Assembly: GCF_964355755.1 (NCBI RefSeq)
Contig: NC_092670.1
Span: 11,642,795-11,706,794 of the forward strand
Direction of reading: 5' to 3'
Length of the DNA stretch: 64,000 bases
Origin: Antedon mediterranea
Taxonomy: Eukaryota; Animalia; Echinodermata
In this document: positions 49,801 to 61,586 of the stretch, one piece after another
Numbering within the stretch: the first letter of the stretch is position 1
Layout of the letters: every line of letters begins with the position of its first letter
Notes under the pieces: model-generated
Told to the model about the DNA's origin: nothing
Database searches by the model: none
What the model saw: the letters and a program-made list of their open reading frames with translations, nothing else
Translations under genes and position numbers: made by a program

Positions 49801-52800
49801 TGATATTTCCGAAATACAAAGAAATTGAATTGAATTGAATAACAAAAAATAACATTTATTTCCAAATAATGGTGGCGTCACCAAGAAAGCAAATGCTTGT
49901 GTCATTAACAAAGTTAAATTGTGTCATAAAGTGATCAATGAAATTCGATACTAAGTTTTTCATTTTTGTACTTTTACTACTATTGTAATATAATGTTTGT
50001 TGAGGTACTAATGAAGACTCTTACTCGCTTAACTGTCGTAACACATATATTTTTTATTCATTATAATAGGCCTACTTCAGTACAATATACAACTATAACT
50101 AAAGATAAGGAACGGAGGATCAGTGATGCTGTCGGTGAGGTGTGAGTGTAGGTCTGCTTCTGAAGAAGTGGCTGTGAGGTGGCTGTAAGGTGTGTGCTCC
50201 GTGAAGTGGCTGTAAGGTGTGTGCTCCGTGAAGTGGCTGTAAGGTGTGTGCTCCGTGAGGTGGCTGTAAGGTGTGTCTGGGCTCTTCTGAAACTTGGGGG
50301 TATATTGGCTTCGGTTCATTTGCATATGTCATTACGTAATTTTAGAGGTTACTGATTGGTCCTAAGTTGATCCAGGGGTGTTTAAGTGGGAGTGATTGAT
50401 CTTATCTGGGGAGGTTACAATGATGAATTGGCCCTGTCGAATCTTTGCTTAAAACTGTCAATATCTAACTGTTTTACGATGGGAACAGTTAGAGAGGTCA
50501 AATAAACTGTTTAATTTTTGGGATTTAATTATGAGCTAAATTGACTAAATGTACTTTTGAAACATCTGGACAATTTCTCCTCTGGACTTTCTGGGTCAAG
50601 TTTGTGAACTTATTTGAATTCTGATACAAAGGTCAATTTCTTAATTATAAAAGTATATCATTATATTGATAAAGTTGTGAAAATAATGATATATTGTGGA
50701 TAAGTTTGTGTCAACGACACACACATTTGTTTCTTTAAAGTTTTAAGTGATTAAGTTTGACATTTTGATTTTCTTGAGTTTTATGTTTTGATTTGATTGA
50801 TTTATGTTGAAGGCCATTAGAACGCGATAAGTTGTCGCAAGATTTGATGTATGTTCAATGTAACATACTATTTTTAAGTTTTGTATTTTATTTTTAACTG
50901 ATTTATGTTTGATTTACGCGAATTTTATACCAAATTCATTTTTAATTTCATTTTTTTTTAAGAGAGAGAAGAGAGAGTGAAAGTGATAAGGTTACACTTC
51001 AGAGTCAATGGTTTTGGCTAACTCAATTTTTGCTTATATGTATAATAATGTTTTTTTTCCTTTTATATAACTTTAATTTTGCATGCCACTATTATAACCA
51101 TTTTTATATTTTAAATAGATTAGAAAAAAAAAGGGAAACAGAGGGATGTAATATAATGATATACTTTTATAATTAAGAAATCGACCTTTGTATCAGAATT
51201 CAAATAAGTTCGCAAACTTGACCCAGAAAGTCCAGAGGAGAAATTGTCCAGATGTTTCAAAAGTACATTTAGTAAATTTAGCTCATAATTAAATTCCAAA
51301 AGTAAACAGTTTATTTGACCTCTCTAACTGTTCCCATCGTAAAACAATTAGATATTGACAGTTTTAAGCAAAGATTCGACAGGGCCAATTCATCATTGTA
51401 ACCTCCCAGATAAGATCAATTACTCCCACTTAAACACCCCTGGATCAACTTAGGACCAATCGTTACCCTCACAGATGACGTAGTGACGTATGCAAATGAA
51501 CCGAAGCCAATATACCCCCAAGTTTCAGAAGAGCCTAGACACACCTTACAGTCACCTCACGGAGCACACACCTCACAGCCACTTCTTCAGAAGCAGACCT
51601 ACACACTTCACACCTCACCGACAGCATCACTGATCCTCTGTTCCTTATCTATACTTATCCTTAGTTATAGTTGTATATTGTACTGAAGTATTATTGTATC
51701 ATCAAGTATTATACTGAATAAACAATATATGTGTTACGACAGTTAAGCGAGTAAGAGTCTTCATTACAAGTCAGTACCTCAACAACACAACACTATATTA
51801 CACTATACTACTTCAAAAAATGTTTCGAATGGACTTTCATTACTTTATACAACACCACCAGTCGTATTGTTTTTATTTTATGGTAGGTTTATTTTTGTTT
51901 TAAAAAGTATTGAAAATTTGTTGGACCACAAAAGGAATTTATCTAATAATATTTGATAATTTAGGCATTTTTGTACGATCCACGATTATACATTATTAAA
52001 TTTTAATCCATACTTAAATGATAATCCTATAGACGAATGCAGAGAAACTGAATCTGGTGACGACTATCGAGGTAATGTGGCCATCACCAAAAACGGTCGA
52101 GTTTGTCAGCAATGGACGTCAAAAACTCCACACTCTCATTCTGTTGTACAAGATCCAGATAAAGGAATCGGTGATCATAATCTGTGCAGGAACCCGGATG
52201 GCAAAGCAGGAGGACCGTGGTGTTATACCAACGATGCAGATACTGAATTGGAATATTGTGACGTTGGTGAAGTTAACGAGTACTGTCCACTTGGTATGTT
52301 TCTCCAACTTTGCGTGATAACGGAACCTACACGATATTCATAGTAATACTATAATACGGCTAAGCATGTTAATTTACTACTACTACTCACTACGCCTGTA
52401 GTTTACTGCAACAATTACTTTCCTTGCTACTTTTTGCTACAATCTCACTACAATTGCTACCGTACTTCTGAAATGTGATGCTTTTCTATACTTGCTACTA
52501 CCGCAACTACTGCTAGTACATACTATAATACATATGTTCTCCAACATGAACGATCCTGTTGCTGATGCCAATCACTAACTGTAGCTTAGTGGTTAACGTG
52601 CTTCTCATCCAATGTACAGGGTTCAATCCTGACCTACTGCTAGGGTTACTCGACATGAATCTTTCTACACCCCCTAAGCATCAAATAAGATATAGCATAT
52701 TAGCATGATGAGTGTATCCATTTTTCAATTGGCGAGTTCAAATTGTGAATAGTGAAAATGATCTGGTTAGGTGTATTACAAACTATTTGTTACGACATTC

Positions 52801-54067
52801 AAATCTCTACACTAGGTGTAAAAAAAATCCTATTTTAGTTTGATTTTCTGGTTTGTATTATTGTTTTGTTGTACAGTATATATGGAATATTTATTCTGAA
52901 ATAAAGTGATCAAATCAAATCAAATTACGAAAAAAAATTATTAAGATCGTTTTTGAAACTAAACTTTTCGCTTTTCAGATTCTGATGACATTGCGAATCC
53001 TATAGGAATAGTGGTAGTGAATTATGCAGCTACTATCTGCTATCTGCTATCATCAGACAAATACAGATCTACAACTACATTTAACATCAATGAAATATCA
53101 GGTTGTCCAACCACGGCGTTTACAACAGATGTCTTTACAAGCCAATCTTTCACTTTAGGTTTTCACTTTTACTCTGACTACAACTCGGTCGGGGACATTG
53201 TACGTCTTGGGAACAATGATCACTATCTTACTATTACACAAACCGTGTCAGACAAGCAGTTTTATCATTCTGAGGTAAAGGTTAACTACAAAGATGATGT
53301 ACTGACTCGAGCTTTCGTCTTACCACCAAACGTATGGACTTTCATTGGTGTGACGTTTGATGGAAATAACAAAAATATAAAACTCTGGAGGAATGGAGAA
53401 ATTGCGAGTATTGGATATACATCATTCACAAATTTGGAATTTAAACATACCATCAAAACTGAGTTTACTGATACCGGTTTGGCCATGGTGCAAGTCTACG
53501 ATGAAGTGATCAACGAAGTGGCAATGAAAGCGGCAAGAGATCTTCAGTTTAATATGCCTAGTAGGTGTTCTATTATAGCAAAATAATTTACCAAAACAAT
53601 CATTTTGGTTACACGTACAAAGCATCATTATTCTGACCAGAGGTGAATCTTAGACTTTTTCCATTATTTATTTGCCGAGCTCTCTGATCCTCGTTTAAAT
53701 TTTACCCAATCAATACGTCTTCAGCCATCTTTGATAACAGTTTAAATAAAAAATATTATCAACGTACATCATTTTTTCTTGAATGTGTATGTCTGTTTTT
53801 TTTTCTTCAGAAATGAAATCCCGCCAACAAGCTGCCTTCTTAAAGAAACTCGCCAGAAATGAGCGCGTTCACGGCCAAACAGTTTCGAAACATACTTGTC
53901 GATATTTGATACAATGCTCTCACTTGTGTCTGGGCAATATTTTCTGCGAAGGGTTTTGGTTTTACACAGGCAGATGTACGTTGTTGGGATGTGTTCAGAT
54001 CTCAAAAGGAAAAGAAGATGAAATACTTGGTACATACTACTTGAAGGGTCATAATCAATTTATTTAG
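43805..54067 (+). CDS. Secreted mosaic protein, paralogue 2 (529 aa): signal peptide, F-type lectin (FTP/F5-8C fold), kringle, LamG/pentraxin-like, PAN/apple
   Basis: Seven GT-AG exons join without stops (1590 nt): 43805-43859, 47909-48013, 48579-48677, 49165-49395, 52033-52293, 52979-53560, 53811-54067. Signal MKLCVLCVILSLLKVGES; ATDG..CTHS..WLRVDL..VTVINR..RL..KCG..C..GRYV..LHICEMRVY (F-lectin); YRG..CQQW..HNLCRNPDG..PWCYT..EYCD (kringle); WTFIGVTFDG..IKLWRNG..VQVYDEVIN (LamG); CSHLCLGNIFCEGFWFYTGRCTL (PAN). Confidence 0.88.
43966..45911. repeat. Diverged ~1-kb tandem duplication in intron 1 of paralogue 2
   Basis: Units ~43966-44970 and ~44971-45911 are collinear (AATCCTACATAAAATAAG, TACACCGGGGTAACCC, CCAGAACCATGAAGCGAGTGAGCAT, GGATCATTATCTTTTAACTGTTACGAC). 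A third partial copy lies at ~42920-43080. Confidence 0.8.
46054..47285 (-). mobile_element. 5'-truncated L2/Crack/Daphne-type LINE
   Basis: Minus strand: LYNTLVLP..YCNIIWA..KLQKRAARII..SEPLFKRLGILK..HNYNLR..GPNLWNHIP..FRKKLK, then a 3' UTR and an (ATCTGA)n tail at 46054-46072. Confidence 0.75.
49984..51802. mobile_element. 1.8-kb element with two inverted LTR-like arms, polypurine tract and 4-bp TSD
   Basis: CTAT|TGTAATATA...TATATTACA|CTAT. Arms 49984-50667 (minus) and 51147-51802 (plus). The right arm itself runs TGTAATATA...TATATTACA, is directly preceded by AAAAAAAAAGGGAAACAGAGGGA, and contains CCAAT, ATGCAAAT and AATAAA. Confidence 0.85.
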
Positions 54068-56264
54068 GAGATCCTCTACGAAATAATTAGTATGATTTAT
54101 TGATGACAGTTTTCTTGTATTTGAGGGTATTTTAGTCGATTTCAGATTATTACTAGAGACTAATTAACAAATCTTCGTATTATCAAATTAGGAAGTATTA
54201 ATGTTGGATTCTATCACGTTGAGGAAACCATTGCAATCAAAAGTGTTCAATGTTTACCTTCCAATTGCACTGTGTTCTTTAAACGCGAGCCAGATGTGTA
54301 CATTGGACAGTTTAAAGTCCTCTTCCCGAGAAGAGCCACCAGAGCCATGGTTGAGTTGTGCCTTTTGTAACCTGTGCAGATAGTTTCCCGCACAGTACAC
54401 TAAGTCAGCAAGTGTGCCTAAGTTTTGTAGAGTTCAACATTTGAATATTTAATATTTTATGTCATTGTCTCATTATACATACACATATACTTTGTAACGT
54501 ACACACAATATATTTATTTTGTATTGTACGTAGAAAATTGGTTCACTTACAAATATTGCATTTAGCACTATGGGAAAATTGTATTAGCAGATATTAGCAA
54601 TATCAATGGTACAATAGAGCAATCACAGTTTCATCAGCTTAAAACTTACTTATAAAAGTAAAGTTTTTTAGCAGAAATTAGCAAAATCATTGCTTAAAAT
54701 AGCAAGAGCAGTCTAAGCACAGTATAACCAGTTTATTTTAGCGTAATAAAACAACAAAAGAATGCTGAAACAGCAATTGTCAGTTTCTCAAGTTTTTTTG
54801 CAATATCAATGGCAAAATAAAGTGGTAGCAAGTAAACTAGTAGCAATTGATACAACAGCAATAAGTATGCTAAAATAGAAATTCTACTGGCCAAAACAGA
54901 CATCGATATTAATGGCGTGTTCGCAGGCAATGTTCCCACCTTGGTAAAGTTTACCATTGATGGTAGCAAAGTGAAATATAGATTCAGCAGTGAAAAATAC
55001 CAGTGCTAATGAAGTGCAGAATAGCTGATTTAAGTTTGAAGAAAGCATAAACAATAAGATAATGAGTATATAACGGATATTTTCTTAAGTTTGCAAAATT
55101 AACTAAATATTTAGATTTTACATTATTCTGCTTTGTTATGCTTAGACCACCGATCCAGATAAGAAAAATTGTAAAGTTGTACTCATTTTTGTATGTTTTT
55201 TTGTTAAACCACTTTTATTCAATGAAACAAAAGGCAATCAGTACACAATCAAATAAGAGAATCAAATCCTAAGACAAATGCTTACCTTAAGCAAGGACTA
55301 TTCATTGCAAAAAGGGGATGGCAAGGCAAATGCAAAAATATAATGGTTTAAAAAAATATATCCAAACAAAATGTACTTACCCTGGAGGGCAAATGTATGT
55401 GGATTAAGGTGGTGTTCACAAAAGAGAAAAAAAAAACAATCATGTGCATGCAATGTATTTTTCTTGTAGTTTTATTGTCTTTTATTGTCATAAATATGTC
55501 AAGAAAATGAATTTCCATTTTAAGTGGACCAATAAAATGTCTTGAATCTTGAATCAATATGCGCAGGTAGACGTTTATATTAATATATTCAGTTTCTGTT
55601 AGTGATGATCTTCTACTTTTTGTTGCATGAAGTTTAGATTAAAGCCTAGTATACAATAGCATACTTAAGTTTCCAGACCACCACCATTTTCGTGCAGTTT
55701 TTTTTTTGCCACCAGAGTCCGGGTGATCGATTTGCGCGAATACATACATGCATGTACATTTATTTTACATTTATTGTTACCCGCAACGCGAAGTAGACCA
55801 AACGCTAGGAATTGTCAAATCACAAGCGTTATCTATTGAGTCGTGATTTGTTAAATAGGTTGAGCTGCTGCGCTTACGTTCGTTGTGTTGCGTCGTTCAA
55901 GTGGGAACCAAGTATTAAAGAGTCTTCGATTTCTGGACTAGGTCTGTAAATTATGCAGTGTAATTTCGTCGTCCAGCTTAGATAAATCCTATGTTGTCAC
56001 TTTGACAAACTCAACTGAATGTATTCGAATAGTTTTTCCATATGACGTCGTAATACGAACTCCTGGGTCCTCGAAAGCTAGCTCCCTATTATTAGGTGAT
56101 AGTGACATCTTTAAAGAAAAACCGACTTACTGTAAAGTATAAAGTTGCTATAGTTACTAAGTGTATACGGATATTAGTATTTGCATCGGTACCAATAACA
56201 AGTACCGTATTGTATTTGTGATTCAACCACCATGGAGGAAGTTACCATGCAGCAATTTACACAA

Positions 56265-59200
56265 ATGAAACTGGTATTCGTATTATTTTTTCTGACTATG
56301 TCTTTTATGAAAGTCAGCGATTCTGGTGAGTACATATAGTTTTTATTGTATTTCATTGTATTCAATTAAAATTAACATTAGTTGTCCGTGATTCAATAAG
56401 GGTAAGATTGATATACTCGATTATGCGACACTGTATGGCTTTTTAATCGAGTGTTATATACTTGTGTAAAATACAACGTCATTGTTTTAATTGTATTAAT
56501 AAATACGGTATTGGACGACTTAGAATTCGGATAAAAGATCAAGTAAAATATTTTAAAATTAAAATTAAGTTCGATGCGTATTTGCTTTGTTTGAAAATAC
56601 TCGCCTAATGAACCAATGAAAAAAAATCAAGTGCTTCGGTTCGATTCCTACATGTAGTTTGTGTTATAAAAGATATTGGGATGGGATTATTGAAGTTAGT
56701 ATAGGCCTACTTATAACATGTTCATGGTCTCGTCAAGCACCATTGTTTAAAGGTCCGCGTGGCAAATTAACACTATTATAGTGACGTAGGTTTGCGGTAG
56801 ACAATGTGTTTCTAAAGTATGGTTGAGAATGTTTTAATGTTTCTGTTTTATGGAGAATGTTGAATGTATGGCAATGAGTCGAACTAAACAATTACTCTTC
56901 ATCTTTCTCTCAGAAGACGGTTATCAACAATTGCATTATTTCTGTTAGGAAACAGAGAATCTACAGCGAAGCGATCTTTACTAACGTTAAACATATTATA
57001 TTTCTTTCTTTCCTAATGTTAAGCATAATTATATTTCTGTCGCGATGAAAGTAAATAATGCAGCTGTGGTCACAGAAGTTAAACTACTCTAAACGTATAA
57101 GATGTTGTCACATTTATGTCATTCCTTATTTCGATGATTATTGACAAAAATGCCTCCAAGCATTACGTTGATTAAATATTGCGCCATGTTATTCATAGCA
57201 GCAATCATACGTTATACAATACTTTTAGCATAATGGTGTTATTGAGTGAATTGAGCGAAACATTGAGATTAATTAAGTTATATTAAATCACAAATTCACG
57301 CTTCATTGGTTGGTGTTGTTTACTGCTTTTGTACTTTGATTTCGTTATTATCAGTGATATTCCAACCTTCCGGGTCATTCAATCATCAATTCATTCCTTC
57401 ATCTGATCAAAAGCAATTTTAAAAGCATTGAAATATTTGATGAAAATCTCTAATTGATAAAGTATATAAGTCATTGGCTAAGTATTTATGGAAGAAACGA
57501 TATGTGTTCTTTTAAATAAGTGAATGCTGTTATACATTGTTGTTTTCAACTTTTGTGTGACATTTTTATTTCTCATTGTATTTTTGATAATCTTTACTTA
57601 CTTTATGCCTATTTAAAATTTCAAAATAACAACTGTACCAGCTGTAATTATGGAATTTTTCTTCTTCAAAACGTTTTTATTTTTCAGCGTACCTCTCATT
57701 CAAGAAACCCACATCATCTAAATCAGGTTTCTCTGAGGAGGCAACTGATGGCAACGACTTTCTTGTGTATGGATGCACGCACTCATCAGGTACTGTAAAA
57801 CAATTGTTATTGTTCAAGAAGTTAAAAATATTTACAGAAAATTTCATGTAACTTTAGGACACAACCAAGACGTTGAACATGTTAAAAATACCAACATTTA
57901 AGAATTTTCGAACCATTTGTATTTACAAAATACAAACAAAAGAAAAGGAAGATTAGAGTCTTCTTCAAACCGATTTTGCTTCAACCTTTATATTCCTAAA
58001 CACAAAAAGACTTCTTTTCAACATAATATTAGATTTACTGGACCCAAGATATGGAACTCACTTCCTAACAAAATTACAACTTCTGCAAACAAACATAGCT
58101 TCGTCTTTAACACTAAACAATATCTAATACAAAAGTAAATTAATTAACTAGTTATATTCTGGTATCAGTTTTTTATTGTTTTCATATTCCGTTATGGTAA
58201 TTACTTTATTCCTATATACCATTTACTATTATTTACTAATTTGATTTTAGTTACTTTTTGTTTTTTTCAGGCACTTTCAACACAAGCTTTTGCTTTTTAG
58301 AAATTGTGCCTCCTTCATAATATTGTTTTATTCATGTTAAAGATGAGAAAAAAAAATTGTATTGTTTTAACTATCTTTCTTCTCGTCATGAATTTTGTAT
58401 TATATTATTTATTTTGTATATTATGAAGGAAATAAATGTTACTATGAAATGAAATGAAATGAAACCCATTTACAAACCTTCGTCTATTTTCCTAACGTCT
58501 GAATGGATCTAGATAACCTCTATGATTCAGTAATGATTGATAGTCACAAAGATAGTATGTTAATCTATTTTTGCCTTTACAGGAATGTCCACAGGTGAAT
58601 GGTTAAGAGTAGATCTGGAAAAAGAGTATAACATAACAAGAGTGACAGTAATCAACCGCGTTCAATTTGGAATAAATGGTACGGTTATTTCTAACATATA
58701 AACTAAAATAAACAAACAACAACCAAAGCTGAAGTTTTCTATCAAGCACAGTTGACCCTTCCAATCACTTGGAAGGGTCAAATGAACTCTTGATAAACTG
58801 TTACCTTTTTGTTGGCAAAGGTGACCGTATCTAGGTGAATATTTTGGCGCATATGGCGTTTCATACGTATAATATTGCTCTCATAGTTTTCGAACCGCCG
58901 AACAGTGGACTAACATAAAAGAAGATAACTAAAAGACAATAACTACAGACTTAGCTATTCATTAAAAATTATTTTATTCCCCACTTTTTTCATGTTTTGA
59001 GGGACAATGCATCTTTAAATCACAGAAAAATTATTATGTTTTTATTAGACTTCGTTGATAACAGGCTTGAGGACGCTGAAGTAAAAACCAGTTCACAAGC
59101 AGCTATTGGAAGAGCAGACAAATGTGGCGAAAGTGTTACTGATACTGAATCGAGCCCAATCATTGATTTTCTGTGCCAGAAAGAAACCAGAGGTCGATAT

Positions 59201-61586
59201 GTGTTTATATGGAATCCAAGATATGAATATTTACATGTTTGCGAAATACGTGTATATAACGAGGACGAACCTGAAATAAGTAAGTTAGACAAAGGTGACG
59301 TTGTTATTGCTGTTACTGCAAATCGTTCCTATACATACTGTACTTTGAACATATTATTGTACAAATTCAGAAACACAAACTTTGATAGCAAAACATATTA
59401 CAATAGCAACAGCGTATGATGCATTTCATTTTTTGTACCTGGTCTGGCGCAAAAGCTCTCGAATGTCGATAGGCCGCAAATCTCGAAGACTACATGAAGC
59501 GAGTTTAATCCTAGTGTGTCATTTTGCATGCGGTATGCAAATGATCTTATGAAAGTTATTATTTTATTGTGGAAATGATTATGATGTTGTAGGTATACAA
59601 TAGGCCTAAATGCACTGTTGATGATGTATTTAAAATAAATTTTATTATACAAACTGTTAATACTATGCATTTTAAATGAATTTTATTATAGACAAAATTA
59701 TTTTAAATGCATAGCATCAACGGTATTTATTTAATAAAGAATATAAACATTCATTAGTTGTTTTGTCACCAGCATCGCGTCGCAAAAAAAGAAAACACCT
59801 GACTTTGCTACAATTTAGGCCTACTGTGTATTTAAAAAAAATAACGATAATATTATACTAGATGAATGCAGAGTCACTGAATCTGGTGAGGATTATCGAG
59901 GTATTGTGGCCATCACCAGGAACGGTCGAGTTTGTCAAGAATGGACGTCAAATACTCCACACTCTCATTCTGTTATACAAGATCCAGATAAAGGAATTGG
60001 TGATCATAATCTGTGCAGGAACCCAGATGGCAAAGCAGGAGGACCGTGGTGTTATACCAACGATGTAGATACTGAATGGGAATATTGTGACGTTGGTGAA
60101 GTTAACGAATATTGTCCACTGGGTATGTTTTAATGATTCTAAAACTTAGTTCACTATTATTTAATACTAAACTCTGCACACTACTTTAGCAACATACTTG
60201 TATTACTTGGCCCACAAAATATTAAATTAATGCTCCAGCTATTAACTGCAGCTATTTGTCGCTTTTCAGATTCTAAAGACATTCCAAATCCTATGGGAAT
60301 AGTGGCGAGGGATTATACAGCATTACTGTCATCAGACCAATACAGATCTACAACTACATTTAACATCAATGAAATACCAGGTTGTCCAACCACGGCGTTT
60401 AAAACCGATTTTTTTTACAAGCCAATCTTTTACTTTATGTTTTCACTTTCACTCTGATTACAACCCGGTAGGGGATATTGTGCGTCTTGGTAACAATGAT
60501 AACTATCTTAGTATTAAACAAACCGTGTCAGACAAGCAGTTTTATCATTCTGAGGTAACGGTTAACTACAAAGATGATGTACTGACTCGAGCTTTCGTCT
60601 TACAACCAAACGTATGGACTTTCATTGGTGTGACGTTCGATGGAAAGAACAAAAATATAAAACTCTGGAGGAATGGAGAAATTGCGAGCATTGGATATAC
60701 GTCATTCACGAATTTGGAATTTGAAAAAGATATTGACCTCAATACTGAGTTTACTGATACCGGTTTGGCCATGGTGCAAATCTACGATAAAGTACTCAAT
60801 GAAGAGGCAATGAAAGCGGCAAGAGATCTTCAGTTTAATAGTAGGTTTTTTTTTTATTATTATGAGTTAATTTTATTCACGACACAATGAGACGGATTTA
60901 ATATTCTTTCTAATCTCTGCCCAACCAGTGACATGTTTACCAGTGACATGTTTACCAGTGAAATGTTTACAAGTGACATGTTTACCAATGGCATGTTTAC
61001 CAGTGACATGTTAACCAGTGGCATGTTTACAAGTGGCATGTTTACCAATGGCATGTTTACCAGTGACATGTTTACCAGTGGCATGTTTACCAGTGACATG
61101 TTTACCAGTGACATGTTTACCAGTGGCATGTTTAACAGTGACATGTTTACCAATGGAATGTTTACCAGTGACATGTTTACCAGTGGCATGTTTACCAGTG
61201 ACATGTTTACCAGTGGCATGTTTACCAGTGACATGTTTACCAGTAGCATGTTTACCAGTGACATGTTTACCAGTGGAATGTTTACCAGTGACAGATTTAC
61301 CAGTGATGTTTTTATTGTAAAGTTGGTTTCTTGTTTTTTTTCTTCAGAATTCAAATTTCTTCAACAATCTATCTTGAAGAAAGTCCCCAAGAATGAGCGA
61401 GTTCACGGTAAAACAATTTCTAAGCACACTTGTCGATATTTGATACAATGCTCTCAATTGTGTCTTGGCAAAATTTTCTGCGAAGGGTTTTCGTATTATG
61501 AAGGCAGGTGCATATTGCTGGCATGTGTGTCAACAGAACGAAAAGATGAATTGCTTGATATGCCAACATACTATTTGTCAAACTAG
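56265..61586 (+). CDS. Paralogue 3 of the secreted F-type lectin/kringle/LamG/PAN gene; one +1 frameshift in a T-run (pseudogene or assembly error)
   Basis: Exons 56265-56325 (in-frame ATGs also at 56232 and 56247), 57688-57789, 58583-58678, 59049-59279, 59862-60122, 60270-60840, 61348-61586; all splice sites canonical. Exon 6 is 571 nt because the T-run at 60409-60416 has one T too many; removing it gives 519 aa. Confidence 0.75.
57850..58463 (+). mobile_element. L2/Crack-type LINE 3' fragment in intron 2 of paralogue 3
   Basis: ..NIRFTGPKIWNSLPNKIT..FVFNTKQYLIQK*, a 3' UTR, AATAAA and a (TGAAA)4 tail at 58444-58463. Confidence 0.65.
60924..61310. repeat. 15-bp minisatellite, ~25 copies, in the last intron of paralogue 3
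   Basis: Unit CCAGTG(A/G)CATGTTTA. Confidence 0.95.

Noticed and set aside
50077-51686. Short ORFs with HTPYSHFTE / PLHGAHTLQ repeats
   Set aside because: They arise from 27-bp tandem units in the LTR-like arms; lengths and frames differ between the arms.
49984-51802. DIRS/tyrosine-recombinase element or ordinary solo LTR
   Set aside because: It has a TSD and TG..CA ends, unlike DIRS, and two arms plus PPT-bearing internal sequence, unlike a solo LTR.
54201-54440. Possible PHD-finger or transposase remnant (WLSCAFCNLCR)
   Set aside because: Too short, immediately stopped, and no supporting motifs or termini.
60860-61354. Long repeat-protein ORFs (MFTSD.., VNMSL.., PVTCL..)
   Set aside because: Translations of a stop-free 15-bp intronic minisatellite; only 61348-61586 is a real exon.
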